Positions 25,211 through 33,030 of a stretch of 64,000 bases of DNA are shown piece after piece. Every line of letters begins with the position of its first letter. The stretch's first letter is position 1. The translations under genes were made by a program, and so were the position numbers. Origin of the DNA: an uncultured Pseudomonadota bacterium (GTDB lineage: Bacteria; Oederibacteriota; Muellerivitia; Muellerivitales; Muellerivitaceae). The DNA lies in the NCBI GenBank assembly GCA_963836235.1, contig CAWIIP010000002.1, positions 139,454-203,453 of the forward strand. Reading direction: 5' to 3'. The notes beneath the pieces are model-generated. The model saw only the letters and a list, made by a program, of their open reading frames with translations, was not told the origin of the DNA and ran no database searches.

Positions 25211-25282
25211 GGCCTTCCACGACCCCAAAAAGGGTCAAGGGGGTCGTCCCCTAGGGGTCCCCATCGTGGACAAATACCTTTT

Positions 25283-26302
25283 TTAGTCGCCATTCACCTG
25301 TTGATAGCGCTTTGTTTTAAGATCAATGCCCCAACTATCTGTAACCCTTCCCGACCCAGCTCCGGGATTCTGTTCGATATCAATGTAGTAATAATCTTCT
25401 TTTATTTTTTTTGAAGTAACTGACTGAATAACATTCAACACATTTTCAGTTAATATCATTGCTTGGGTAGGCTTTCGGGTATCGATCAAATAGGTTTTGT
25501 CGTAAATCATCCAAAGAATTAAAGGGGTATCATTAATTTCCAAGTAGTAACCCGCCCCGGTAGAATTGTCATTATCCAAGCCTAAGCTTTTAAACCTTTT
25601 CTTTAAATCAATATTTTCATCGTCGTCGCCGTCAATATCGTAAACCTCGGCGAACCTTGAATCTGGAAAAATAATCTTCGCCTTAACGAGGTCTGATGAA
25701 AGCTTAACCAAATCTTCCTTGAACGTTATTACGGTTGTGGGTTCGAAATCGGTTTCATCATTCAATCCCTTAACTTTCGATTCAGACTCAGTCGAAGCCT
25801 GATAAGAATTTTGAAATGCTTGCATCCTTAAAATATCCCTAAATTTCGGATCGCCTTTAACTTTTGCCTGTAGCGATGGGTCGAATTTCAATGCCAAAAC
25901 CAACTCACGAATCGCCAAATTTGTGTTTTGTGATGAAAGCCCGTTTTTGAAAACCCAATAACTCAAAGCTAAATTGTAATGAGCCAGGGAGGATTGCGGA
26001 TTTAACTTTATTGCTTTTTTATAAGTCTCTTCGGCTAACGCGGGTTGGTTGTTTCGATAATAGGCATATCCTAAATAGATGAATGCTTTTTCGTTCTTAT
26101 CATTTAATTCAATTGCACTTTGATAAGTTTTGATCGCCCCTAAGTAATTCTTTTCTGATATGTATTTTTTTCCAATAATTAAACATTTTTTATATTCATC
26201 GGAAACGCTTCCACTACTTTCCGCCGACAAAAGAGGACAAAGTGGAATGAAGAGGCACAAAAATACAAATTGAATTTTAACGTAGTCTTTTTTTCGCGTC
26301 AT
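25283..26302 (-). CDS. Secreted TPR-repeat protein
   Basis: Start at MTRKKDYVKIQFVFLCLF (signal peptide); multiple TPR-like repeats (AIKTYQSAIELNDKNEKAFIYLGYAYY...). Confidence 0.6.
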   Translation of the reverse strand: MTRKKDYVKIQFVFLCLFIPLCPLLSAESSGSVSDEYKKCLIIGKKYISEKNYLGAIKTYQSAIELNDKNEKAFIYLGYAYYRNNQPALAEETYKKAIKLNPQSSLAHYNLALSYWVFKNGLSSQNTNLAIRELVLALKFDPSLQAKVKGDPKFRDILRMQAFQNSYQASTESESKVKGLNDETDFEPTTVITFKEDLVKLSSDLVKAKIIFPDSRFAEVYDIDGDDDENIDLKKRFKSLGLDNDNSTGAGYYLEINDTPLILWMIYDKTYLIDTRKPTQAMILTENVLNVIQSVTSKKIKEDYYYIDIEQNPGAGSGRVTDSWGIDLKTKRYQQVNGD

Positions 26303-26377
26303 AAAATCACTTTTCCTGTAAAACAGCAACCTCTGGGTTGTCCACGACGGGTCCCCGTCGTGGACAGGTAGAATCAA

Positions 26378-28507
26378 TTATTTAAATGACCCCAGGATAT
26401 AGGCTTTGAAAAAATCATAGGGGGGATTTCCCTCAGCCCCCGGTGTATAGTTCCCGGCCGTGATGCCGCAAACCAGATCCAATTCCGGGACCACGAAAAT
26501 AAATTGTCCCCCACGGCCGGAGGCATAGAAAACCTTGGTTTTCCTGCCCTTAAAAGGCATCTGTTCCTCCCACCAGAGGTAGCCGTAATCCCCGCCACCT
26601 TGGGTCGTTGCCTGGAGCTTGGTGGATTCTTCCACCCATTTTTCCGAAACCACTTGTTGGCCGTTCCATTTCCCTTTCTGAAAAAATAATTGGCCCAGCT
26701 TGGCCATGTCGCGCGGCTTCAGCCAAAGACTTCCGCCAACCTCGGTTACCTGGTGGGGGCCGCTCTTTCCCCAACTATGTTCTTGGATACCAAGGGGATC
26801 AAAAAGGTATTTCTGGGCGAATGCCGGTATGGACATTCCACTTTTGCGGGCAATGATGGCACCCAGAGGTTCCATGCAGGAAGTGCAATAGCCCCAATGC
26901 TCCCCGGGGCGGTATTTCGAGGGGAGCGAGAAAACAAAGTCCAGCCAATCGGATGTGCCCAACATCTCCCCCATGTAGTCCGATGTCCAACCATCGTTGA
27001 TCCCGATAGTCATGCTCAGAAGGTGCTTGAGGAGGATCTTGTCTTTTTGGTCCGTCCAGTCCTTGGCACGGTATTCGGGGAAATAGTCGAAGAGCTTGTT
27101 ATTCACGTTCACCCAGCCATGGTCCTGGGCGATCCCGAAGAGGATGGAAAGAACGGATTTGCTGGCAGATTGTAACTGGTGGGTGTCCCCGGGCTCTTCA
27201 CCCATGAAATACTCGTCTAGGATCAATTTTCCATTTTTGACGACCGACAAACCCTCGATGTTTGAAAGACGCCCGTTCAATATCTCATCGATGCCCCTAG
27301 CCACTACCTGGGGGTCCAAGGCGCTTTCCAAAAGGTTCCCCACCGGCCAGCCGTCGGCCAGGGTTTGGGGAAGCTGGTAGCTGTACTCCGTGACAGCCCC
27401 GCCGTCCGCGTCCACACGGGGCAGGAGGTAATCCAAGCCTCTTTTAAAACTGAGGGGGTGGCCGGCTTCATTCCATTGGCCATGGCCGGTCAAGGAATCA
27501 CCGGCCTCGTTCAGGGTCACGCTCGCTTGGACGAGGCCATTCTCCAGCAATAAGGTCCGCCCCTTCCGAGTGACATTGAACCAATCGTTCATGCCGTTCC
27601 CAAACTGATCCAGGTCGTGGAAATAGGCCAGGTATTTCCCCTTTAGCTTTTTGATTCCCAGGCAGATCCGTTCGCGGCCGTCCAGCCCATCGACCCTCCC
27701 ATACCAGTAACCCGTCAATTCCTGGGAAGCCTTCGGTTGTTCGGTTGGAAGAGTGGCGAAATCACGGTTGAAACTCAAATTGAAATCAAAATCCTTAGAT
27801 TCCCCCGCCTTCCAAATCCAGGGCTTATCAAGGGATTCACCGTGGCTCAGGATCACCGAAAGGTTGCTATACCATTCCCATTGCCGGTAGTCCTGGAGGA
27901 TCGCGGTGAGCCCTGTTCCGGCAAATCGGACCTTGAGCTCCCCATGATGGATTGCGGGTCCAAGGGAAAGACCGTCCAGCCCTCCCGTTGCAATCAGGAC
28001 ATTGGAAGTTTTTTTCCATGGGATCTTCCCTTTGCTTTTTGAAAATCGATAGTCGGTTTCCGACCAGTCGGCGTAGGGAAAAGCAAGGTTTACCCGGGCG
28101 GCAATGACCGTGACCGGGCTCAAAGCGGTCATAACCGTATGGATATGGATTTCCGTTTTTTGGACATCCATGCTGGTCTTGATCCCAACCCTTTCCTTGT
28201 CCGTGATCTCGGTGGAACCGTCATAGCTACCTTCCGCATCCCCCGATACGAAGTAATGGTCCTTCCATCCCTCGGTGGAAACGATTGGGAGGACTATGAG
28301 CACCTGGCCCTGGGCATCGCCAATGCTGACCGCCCCGTTCCCGTAGGCCTGGACTTCCAAAGGTCCCAAGAACCGATTGTCCACGGGGGCAGTGGTGGCC
28401 GGTTCCGTGACAGGCGGAGGTGGGATCTCATCGTCATCCGCGTAAGCCCGTCCAACGGCAGTCAGGAGGGCGAGCCCGAGGAAAAACGAATAGATAAGTT
28501 TATTCAT
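26378..28507 (-). CDS. Secreted serine hydrolase, beta-lactamase family C-terminal domain with ~400-aa N-terminal domain of unknown function
   Basis: 709 aa; signal peptide; S-x-x-K motif SASKSVLSILFGIA in the C-terminal third. Confidence 0.7.
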   Translation of the reverse strand: MNKLIYSFFLGLALLTAVGRAYADDDEIPPPPVTEPATTAPVDNRFLGPLEVQAYGNGAVSIGDAQGQVLIVLPIVSTEGWKDHYFVSGDAEGSYDGSTEITDKERVGIKTSMDVQKTEIHIHTVMTALSPVTVIAARVNLAFPYADWSETDYRFSKSKGKIPWKKTSNVLIATGGLDGLSLGPAIHHGELKVRFAGTGLTAILQDYRQWEWYSNLSVILSHGESLDKPWIWKAGESKDFDFNLSFNRDFATLPTEQPKASQELTGYWYGRVDGLDGRERICLGIKKLKGKYLAYFHDLDQFGNGMNDWFNVTRKGRTLLLENGLVQASVTLNEAGDSLTGHGQWNEAGHPLSFKRGLDYLLPRVDADGGAVTEYSYQLPQTLADGWPVGNLLESALDPQVVARGIDEILNGRLSNIEGLSVVKNGKLILDEYFMGEEPGDTHQLQSASKSVLSILFGIAQDHGWVNVNNKLFDYFPEYRAKDWTDQKDKILLKHLLSMTIGINDGWTSDYMGEMLGTSDWLDFVFSLPSKYRPGEHWGYCTSCMEPLGAIIARKSGMSIPAFAQKYLFDPLGIQEHSWGKSGPHQVTEVGGSLWLKPRDMAKLGQLFFQKGKWNGQQVVSEKWVEESTKLQATTQGGGDYGYLWWEEQMPFKGRKTKVFYASGRGGQFIFVVPELDLVCGITAGNYTPGAEGNPPYDFFKAYILGSFK

Positions 28508-28720
28508 TTTAGATTTATCAATTGATAGCTCATTCCAGTTTTAATGGCGTTACCTTGTCCATGACGGGTCCCCCAAGGGGACAACCATTTTCCTCGTAAT
28601 TTACTCGATTTTACACCTTTTGAAGCATATCGGGGTGTGGTTCTTGCGTTGATTACCCCTTGCCAAATCGAGGACTGGGTTCGCTGGGCGTTAAAATTTC
28701 TTTTTTCAAAACCGACCCCT

Positions 28721-29515
28721 TTAACCCTTTGGGCCGACCCATTTCTGAAACTTGTAACGAGAGTTTGAGGGATTCGAAGGTTCCCCCGTGCTAATCGGGA
28801 CACGTTTGCAGCCCCTTTTGCGGAACTGTACCCCGACCGTATTTTCATGCAAGTGGACACCCCATTTTTCCAGGATTAAATCCCTGACCTGCGTTAGGTT
28901 CCAATGGACGGCCTTAATGCCGAATTTTTCCGGGCTGAACTCCAACCAGCCAACCGTTTCCCGCCACTGTTCTTCCGTTAAGGGTGAAGTCTGCTCCGGG
29001 CGTTTCCTTTTCGCCATTTTCCTCCGGAAGGAAGGCGTTCTCCAAAGTTTTCGAAGCACCTTGCTGCGCCGCCGACGGAAGCTTTTCGTTCCACTAATTC
29101 GCCTGGACATTTCCGACATCTCGGCCTTGTAAGTAGGGTCCGACCATCTGCCCCGCATATAGACCTGATGTTTCCCCCTCATTTCCCCGGACTTCCACGC
29201 CTTTTTCATTCCCTGGACAATTTTTTTCCTAAGCCGCGGGTTCTTCCATAGCTTTTTTCCCCTTTTAGAGTTTTTCTTAATTTCATCGGGAGTATGTTTC
29301 CGACCGATATTATGGGTGTTTCCGATGTGGATTTTTGAAAGGATTTGTCTGGTTTCGGGGCTGATAATGGTGCGAATTTTAAAATCTTTTATGTATTCAG
29401 CCTGTGTGAGGGAATGTTTGAAAAAAAGATGGGTGTGGCTGATGCTCCTGAAGGATTTATGGCAGATTTTGCAGTCGATCAAGGGTATTCCAGTCAAGGT
29501 TAGATTCACGACCAA
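28721..29515 (-). CDS. DNA-binding protein: MucR/Ros-type C2H2 zinc finger + NUMOD3-like basic repeats + IS630-type winged HTH, no nuclease/DDE domain
   Basis: CKICHKSFRSISHTHLFFKHSLTQAEY matches Ros/MucR finger (CLECGKSFKSLKRHLTTHH..TPEEY). GRKHTPDEIKKNSKRGKK and GKHQVYMRGRWSDPTYKAEMSEMSRR resemble NUMOD3. C-terminus EQWRETVGWLEFSPEKFGIKAVHWNLTQVRDLILEKWGVHLHENTV resembles the second HTH of IS630 transposases. Confidence 0.5.
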   Translation of the reverse strand: MVVNLTLTGIPLIDCKICHKSFRSISHTHLFFKHSLTQAEYIKDFKIRTIISPETRQILSKIHIGNTHNIGRKHTPDEIKKNSKRGKKLWKNPRLRKKIVQGMKKAWKSGEMRGKHQVYMRGRWSDPTYKAEMSEMSRRISGTKSFRRRRSKVLRKLWRTPSFRRKMAKRKRPEQTSPLTEEQWRETVGWLEFSPEKFGIKAVHWNLTQVRDLILEKWGVHLHENTVGVQFRKRGCKRVPISTGEPSNPSNSRYKFQKWVGPKG

Positions 29516-29542
29516 CGATGTGGGCGAAGCATGGCGAATAAG

Positions 29543-30118
29543 TCATTCAGGCTGGCCTTTTCCGAAAGGAACCGCCACAACGGTCCTTTTACTTGATTGG
29601 AGAACCCAACCGATTCCTGACTTGTAATAACGGCCCAACCACTGTCGGATAAGGCCTGGGCTAACTCCGAGCCGTTTTCCGACCTCGTTTACTTTCATCC
29701 CCTTCGCAAGCCAGGAAAGCGCCTGTAACTTTTCCTTCACCCAGGGCCGATCCTCTTTTTCCAAGAAAGATTTAATCTCTTGTGTGTTCATATTTCGTTC
29801 TGTGCGAGCGTTGAAATAACCTTTTTGGTTCCAAATCTTTGACAGCGCATGGAAAGGAATCTTTTGTTCAAGGAGCTTCGCTATTGATGAAAAAGAACCA
29901 TCAAAAAATACCGAAAGTTTCAGCAGGACATGAACATCCCGTGATCCTTCCCGCTCCCATCGCTTCCATTCCTCAAGGGTGCATCCACAACTAGCGGCGG
30001 CCTGTTTTGGGGATAGGTTCTTTTTCAGCCGAAGTTCCTGGATCACTTCCCCGATTTTTCGTTCAAACTCTTGGCGGGTCAATATCCCCTTGTCTGGCTT
30101 CTTTGATGATGATTTCAC
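29543..30118 (-). CDS. HTH(XRE)-HTH protein resembling the N-terminal DNA-binding module of IS630-family transposases (no DDE domain)
   Basis: 191 aa; N-terminal XRE-like HTH (IGEVIQELRLKKNLSPKQAAASCGCTLEEWKRWE), C-terminal HTH (KLQALSWLAKGMKVNEVGKRLGVSPGLIRQWLGRYYKSGIGW). Paralog at 45162..45770. Confidence 0.5.
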   Translation of the reverse strand: MKSSSKKPDKGILTRQEFERKIGEVIQELRLKKNLSPKQAAASCGCTLEEWKRWEREGSRDVHVLLKLSVFFDGSFSSIAKLLEQKIPFHALSKIWNQKGYFNARTERNMNTQEIKSFLEKEDRPWVKEKLQALSWLAKGMKVNEVGKRLGVSPGLIRQWLGRYYKSGIGWVLQSSKRTVVAVPFGKGQPE

Positions 30119-30121
30119 CGA

Positions 30122-30790
30122 TTATTTATTTTTAAGGAGTTTTTCAAAGAAATTCTTGGTTTTTGCAACTTCCGCCCTCGCATGAGCAATTGGGGCGGGT
30201 TTAACATTAACCTGGTTCCCGATGTTGTCCTCGGGACCGGGTTCTGGATCGGGCGTTGAAGGGAAAATCTTCGACTTAAACTTATCCAAAACCTCGGAAA
30301 GAGGAAGTATCCGGTCGGATGCCTTTAGTAATTCTGAGGGCTGGGAATCCTTGAAAAAACCGATCTCCACGGCTTTGCCTAGTTCCTTCACCGCATTAAG
30401 TACCGGTGAGTATTCCGAATCTTCGGTCACTACAATGGCCGTGTCAAAAAGGCCGCGGGCGGCGAAGTAGACCAAATCTGCCGAAAATATTGTTTTTTCA
30501 CCCTTTGGTTTAAAGTTTCCATCCGCTCCTGAGACAAGCCGTCCAAGGCGTAAATCCAGGTAAGGGGTCTTGCGGAGGGAATCAAAAAAGGATTGTTGCG
30601 TTTTGGATTGCTCGGTTGCAATGACGGGATCATAGGCGGAATTGTAATAATAGGTGCGAACAAGTTCCCGGTCGGGCCCGGCCAGGGCTTTGGAAAGCTC
30701 GTAATAGTCCACGCGGGTGGGGTAGTTGTTCCGCTTCAAGGCGAAGTAGAAGTTGCTACCGTCGATGAAAATACAAACACGGTTCTTCAT
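30122..30790 (-). CDS. NYN (LabA-like PIN-fold) domain protein with low-complexity C-terminal tail
   Basis: RVCIFIDGSNFYFAL ... SADLVYFAARG ... VVTEDSEYSPVL match NYN/LabA acidic-residue motifs. 3 nt upstream of the HTH-HTH gene. Confidence 0.75.
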   Translation of the reverse strand: MKNRVCIFIDGSNFYFALKRNNYPTRVDYYELSKALAGPDRELVRTYYYNSAYDPVIATEQSKTQQSFFDSLRKTPYLDLRLGRLVSGADGNFKPKGEKTIFSADLVYFAARGLFDTAIVVTEDSEYSPVLNAVKELGKAVEIGFFKDSQPSELLKASDRILPLSEVLDKFKSKIFPSTPDPEPGPEDNIGNQVNVKPAPIAHARAEVAKTKNFFEKLLKNK

Positions 30791-31180
30791 GGAAAACCTT
30801 CTTCGATTAATTTTAGGTGGGTGTTGGGGTAAGGTACAGTCAATCAGCGTCGAAATGAACGGCTGTTATGTCAAAGATCCAGGGTTGGTTAGACCTATTT
30901 TCCTTTGGCTTTTCTCGTATTCTTTTTATTTAGGGGATTTTTCAATGTTTGGATTGCGGATCCTAGGTTTCGATCCGCCATTTTGCCCCATTCCTTCACT
31001 TGCTTTATCCATTCCCGCATTTGATATCCTGAAGACTTCAAAGCTTTTGATTTTTTACCAACGGTTTTCTGGACCACTATTCCTACTCCGGTCACACATT
31101 TTCCCATGAGAGACTATCAAGCAAGCGGGTTAAGTTTAGACGCTTAAAAGAGGGTTTCAAGCCGATGGAAAAAATTGAGA

Positions 31181-31369
31181 TTAATGCCGGTTTGTTGAGT
31201 CTATGAGTTCCATTTCGTGGGGAAACCACACCTTTTCCAAGGTGCCAACCGTCACCAAGAAGCACTCTCCCGTATTATTCCCGAGCCTGAAGGATTGGGG
31301 GCTCTTGATTAAGCCTTCCTCGCGGGTTAGTTTGTGGACGACCGGGTCACCGGGTTTGAACTCAGCCAT
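31181..31369 (-). CDS. Small protein, DUF2158-like pattern
   Basis: 62 aa; FKPGDPVVHK ... GECFLVTV ... WFPHEMEL resembles the KxGDxV...GE...W..F pattern of small DUF2158 proteins (from memory). Confidence 0.35.
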   Translation of the reverse strand: MAEFKPGDPVVHKLTREEGLIKSPQSFRLGNNTGECFLVTVGTLEKVWFPHEMELIDSTNRH

Positions 31370-31771
31370 TAAAACCCACCTGTTAAAAGTACCTTGGGAA
31401 CCGCCCCAATATCACCTGTCTTAAGCCCTTCCGCAAATAAAATGTGGGTGGTTTATCAGGTCAAAAACGCCCTGGTTGCCGTTGATTTTCATTAAAAAGA
31501 ACTCCTACCCTATAATGCCGAAATGCACAAAGCCAACTTTCAACTCCGTGACATGTTAATCCACAAAAAAATCAAAATCGTTGGCATGGTTGTTTTCGTG
31601 GACCGGAAGAAGGGAATTTATCGGGTCAGTGTGGACGATGACATGCCGGTGGAAAACTGGAGTTTTGGCGAGGTGGAACTTTACCAAAAAGAAATCACCC
31701 AATAAAATCTACTGGCGAAGTACGGGCGATTCTTTTATTTCTAGAATTTCAGCTTATCTGGCAGTAGGTGA

Positions 31772-32230
31772 TTATTCCATTTCACCAAATTTACTTAGAA
31801 ACAGGTTTTGGAGCGCCATTTGTGCTTCCCCTGCATCCTCCCCTTCAAATATTAGAGTGAGTTCTGATCCATAGCTGGCCGCCAAAGTAATGAGATTTAA
31901 AATGGCATCCGGCAGATTGGCGATCTCATAGACCGCTTTTACAGGGTCCGAAACCTGGAAATAAAGCAAAACATCAATAATGATGGTGACGTTATCTTTG
32001 GTTATGACATTTTGTTTTGGAAATTCATAAACCGTCTCTCTTAAATCAATTCTTTCGACTTCCACTTTTCGGACAATATGATTGCCACCGATATCTGTCA
32101 GGGAATACCGCCATTGAATTTTTCGGGGACGGTCAAAGAACGGCCAAAGGATATTCACGCCGCTGTGAAGCAAGCGGTGATAACGTCCCAAACGCTCAAC
32201 GACGACGACTTCCGCCTGTTGCACGATCAT
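31772..32230 (-). CDS. SPFH/band-7 (stomatin-like) domain fragment lacking membrane anchor
   Basis: 152 aa; VVERLGRYHRLLHSGVNILWPFFD ... QNVITKDNVTIIIDVLLYFQVSDPVKAVYEI is the conserved SPFH core; no N-terminal TM and no C-terminal coiled coil, so likely truncated. Confidence 0.5.
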   Translation of the reverse strand: MIVQQAEVVVVERLGRYHRLLHSGVNILWPFFDRPRKIQWRYSLTDIGGNHIVRKVEVERIDLRETVYEFPKQNVITKDNVTIIIDVLLYFQVSDPVKAVYEIANLPDAILNLITLAASYGSELTLIFEGEDAGEAQMALQNLFLSKFGEME

Positions 32231-32237
32231 AAAACCT

Positions 32238-32774
32238 TTAATCGGTAAAGACCCCGTTGCCGTAGGTCACCGAAGACCAGGCTTGGGAACTAGGAAGGGT
32301 TTGGGTCGTCCAATTGATTCCATCCGGCGAGGTTGCCGCCACCGCGCTGTTTTGCGCGACCGCCACAAAGACACCGTTCCCAAAGGTCACCGAAACCCAT
32401 TGTTGAGAACTGGGCAGGTTTTGGGCCGTCCAATTGACCCCGTCGGGCGATGTCGCGGCCACCGCGCTCGCCTTTGAAATCGCCACAAAAATTCCTTTCC
32501 CATAGGTCACCGAGCACCAGCTCTGGAGACCAGGGAGGGTCTGAAAGGTCCAGGACGACCCGGCCAGGGGGGTTGGAGTGGGCGAACAGGTGACGGTTGA
32601 GGTGGGGGTTCCGGTGGCCTGGTTCGTGGTGGTGGAGGTGGGGGTTGAAGTGGCGGTGGCGGAAGCCACCGGGGACGCCGAGGAAGGCGATAGGGGGGTG
32701 CTAAAAGGTTTGGTACAAGCCAGCGGTATGCCCAAAAGAACAGCGGCCAAAAAAACCAGGGTCCATAATTTCAT
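32238..32774 (-). CDS. Secreted protein with Thr-rich linker and three BNR/Asp-box-like repeats
   Basis: Signal peptide; TSTPTSTTTNQATGTPTSTVT linker; three ~40-aa repeats containing SPDG(V/I)NWT (S-x-D-G-x-x-W Asp-box-like). Confidence 0.5.
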   Translation of the reverse strand: MKLWTLVFLAAVLLGIPLACTKPFSTPLSPSSASPVASATATSTPTSTTTNQATGTPTSTVTCSPTPTPLAGSSWTFQTLPGLQSWCSVTYGKGIFVAISKASAVAATSPDGVNWTAQNLPSSQQWVSVTFGNGVFVAVAQNSAVAATSPDGINWTTQTLPSSQAWSSVTYGNGVFTD

Positions 32775-33030
32775 AGATCATCCCCTCCTCAATACTGAAT
32801 TCGAAATATGGATTGAATAAAGCAATTTTGATTCCAGAAAAAGGCGTGGTTTTATTGTGGTTTTGTAAGGGAAAAGCCCGGAAAGAAGGAAGCCCCTTGG
32901 CGGAAGCCCGGCGCAAATTTGACGAATCCCTGCCCCCGGCAGGTTCTTTTTTGACTTGGGACCGGAATTTCCCGGAATTGCGGGGATGGATTATTAAACC
33001 CGCGGGTCGCGGTTCAAAGCGGAGTGGTAA

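Noticed and set aside
31772-32230. HPr-like C-terminal tail in the SPFH fragment ORF
   Set aside because: Resemblance (GEDAGEAQMALQNLF) is short and weak; more simply explained as the divergent end of a truncated SPFH domain.
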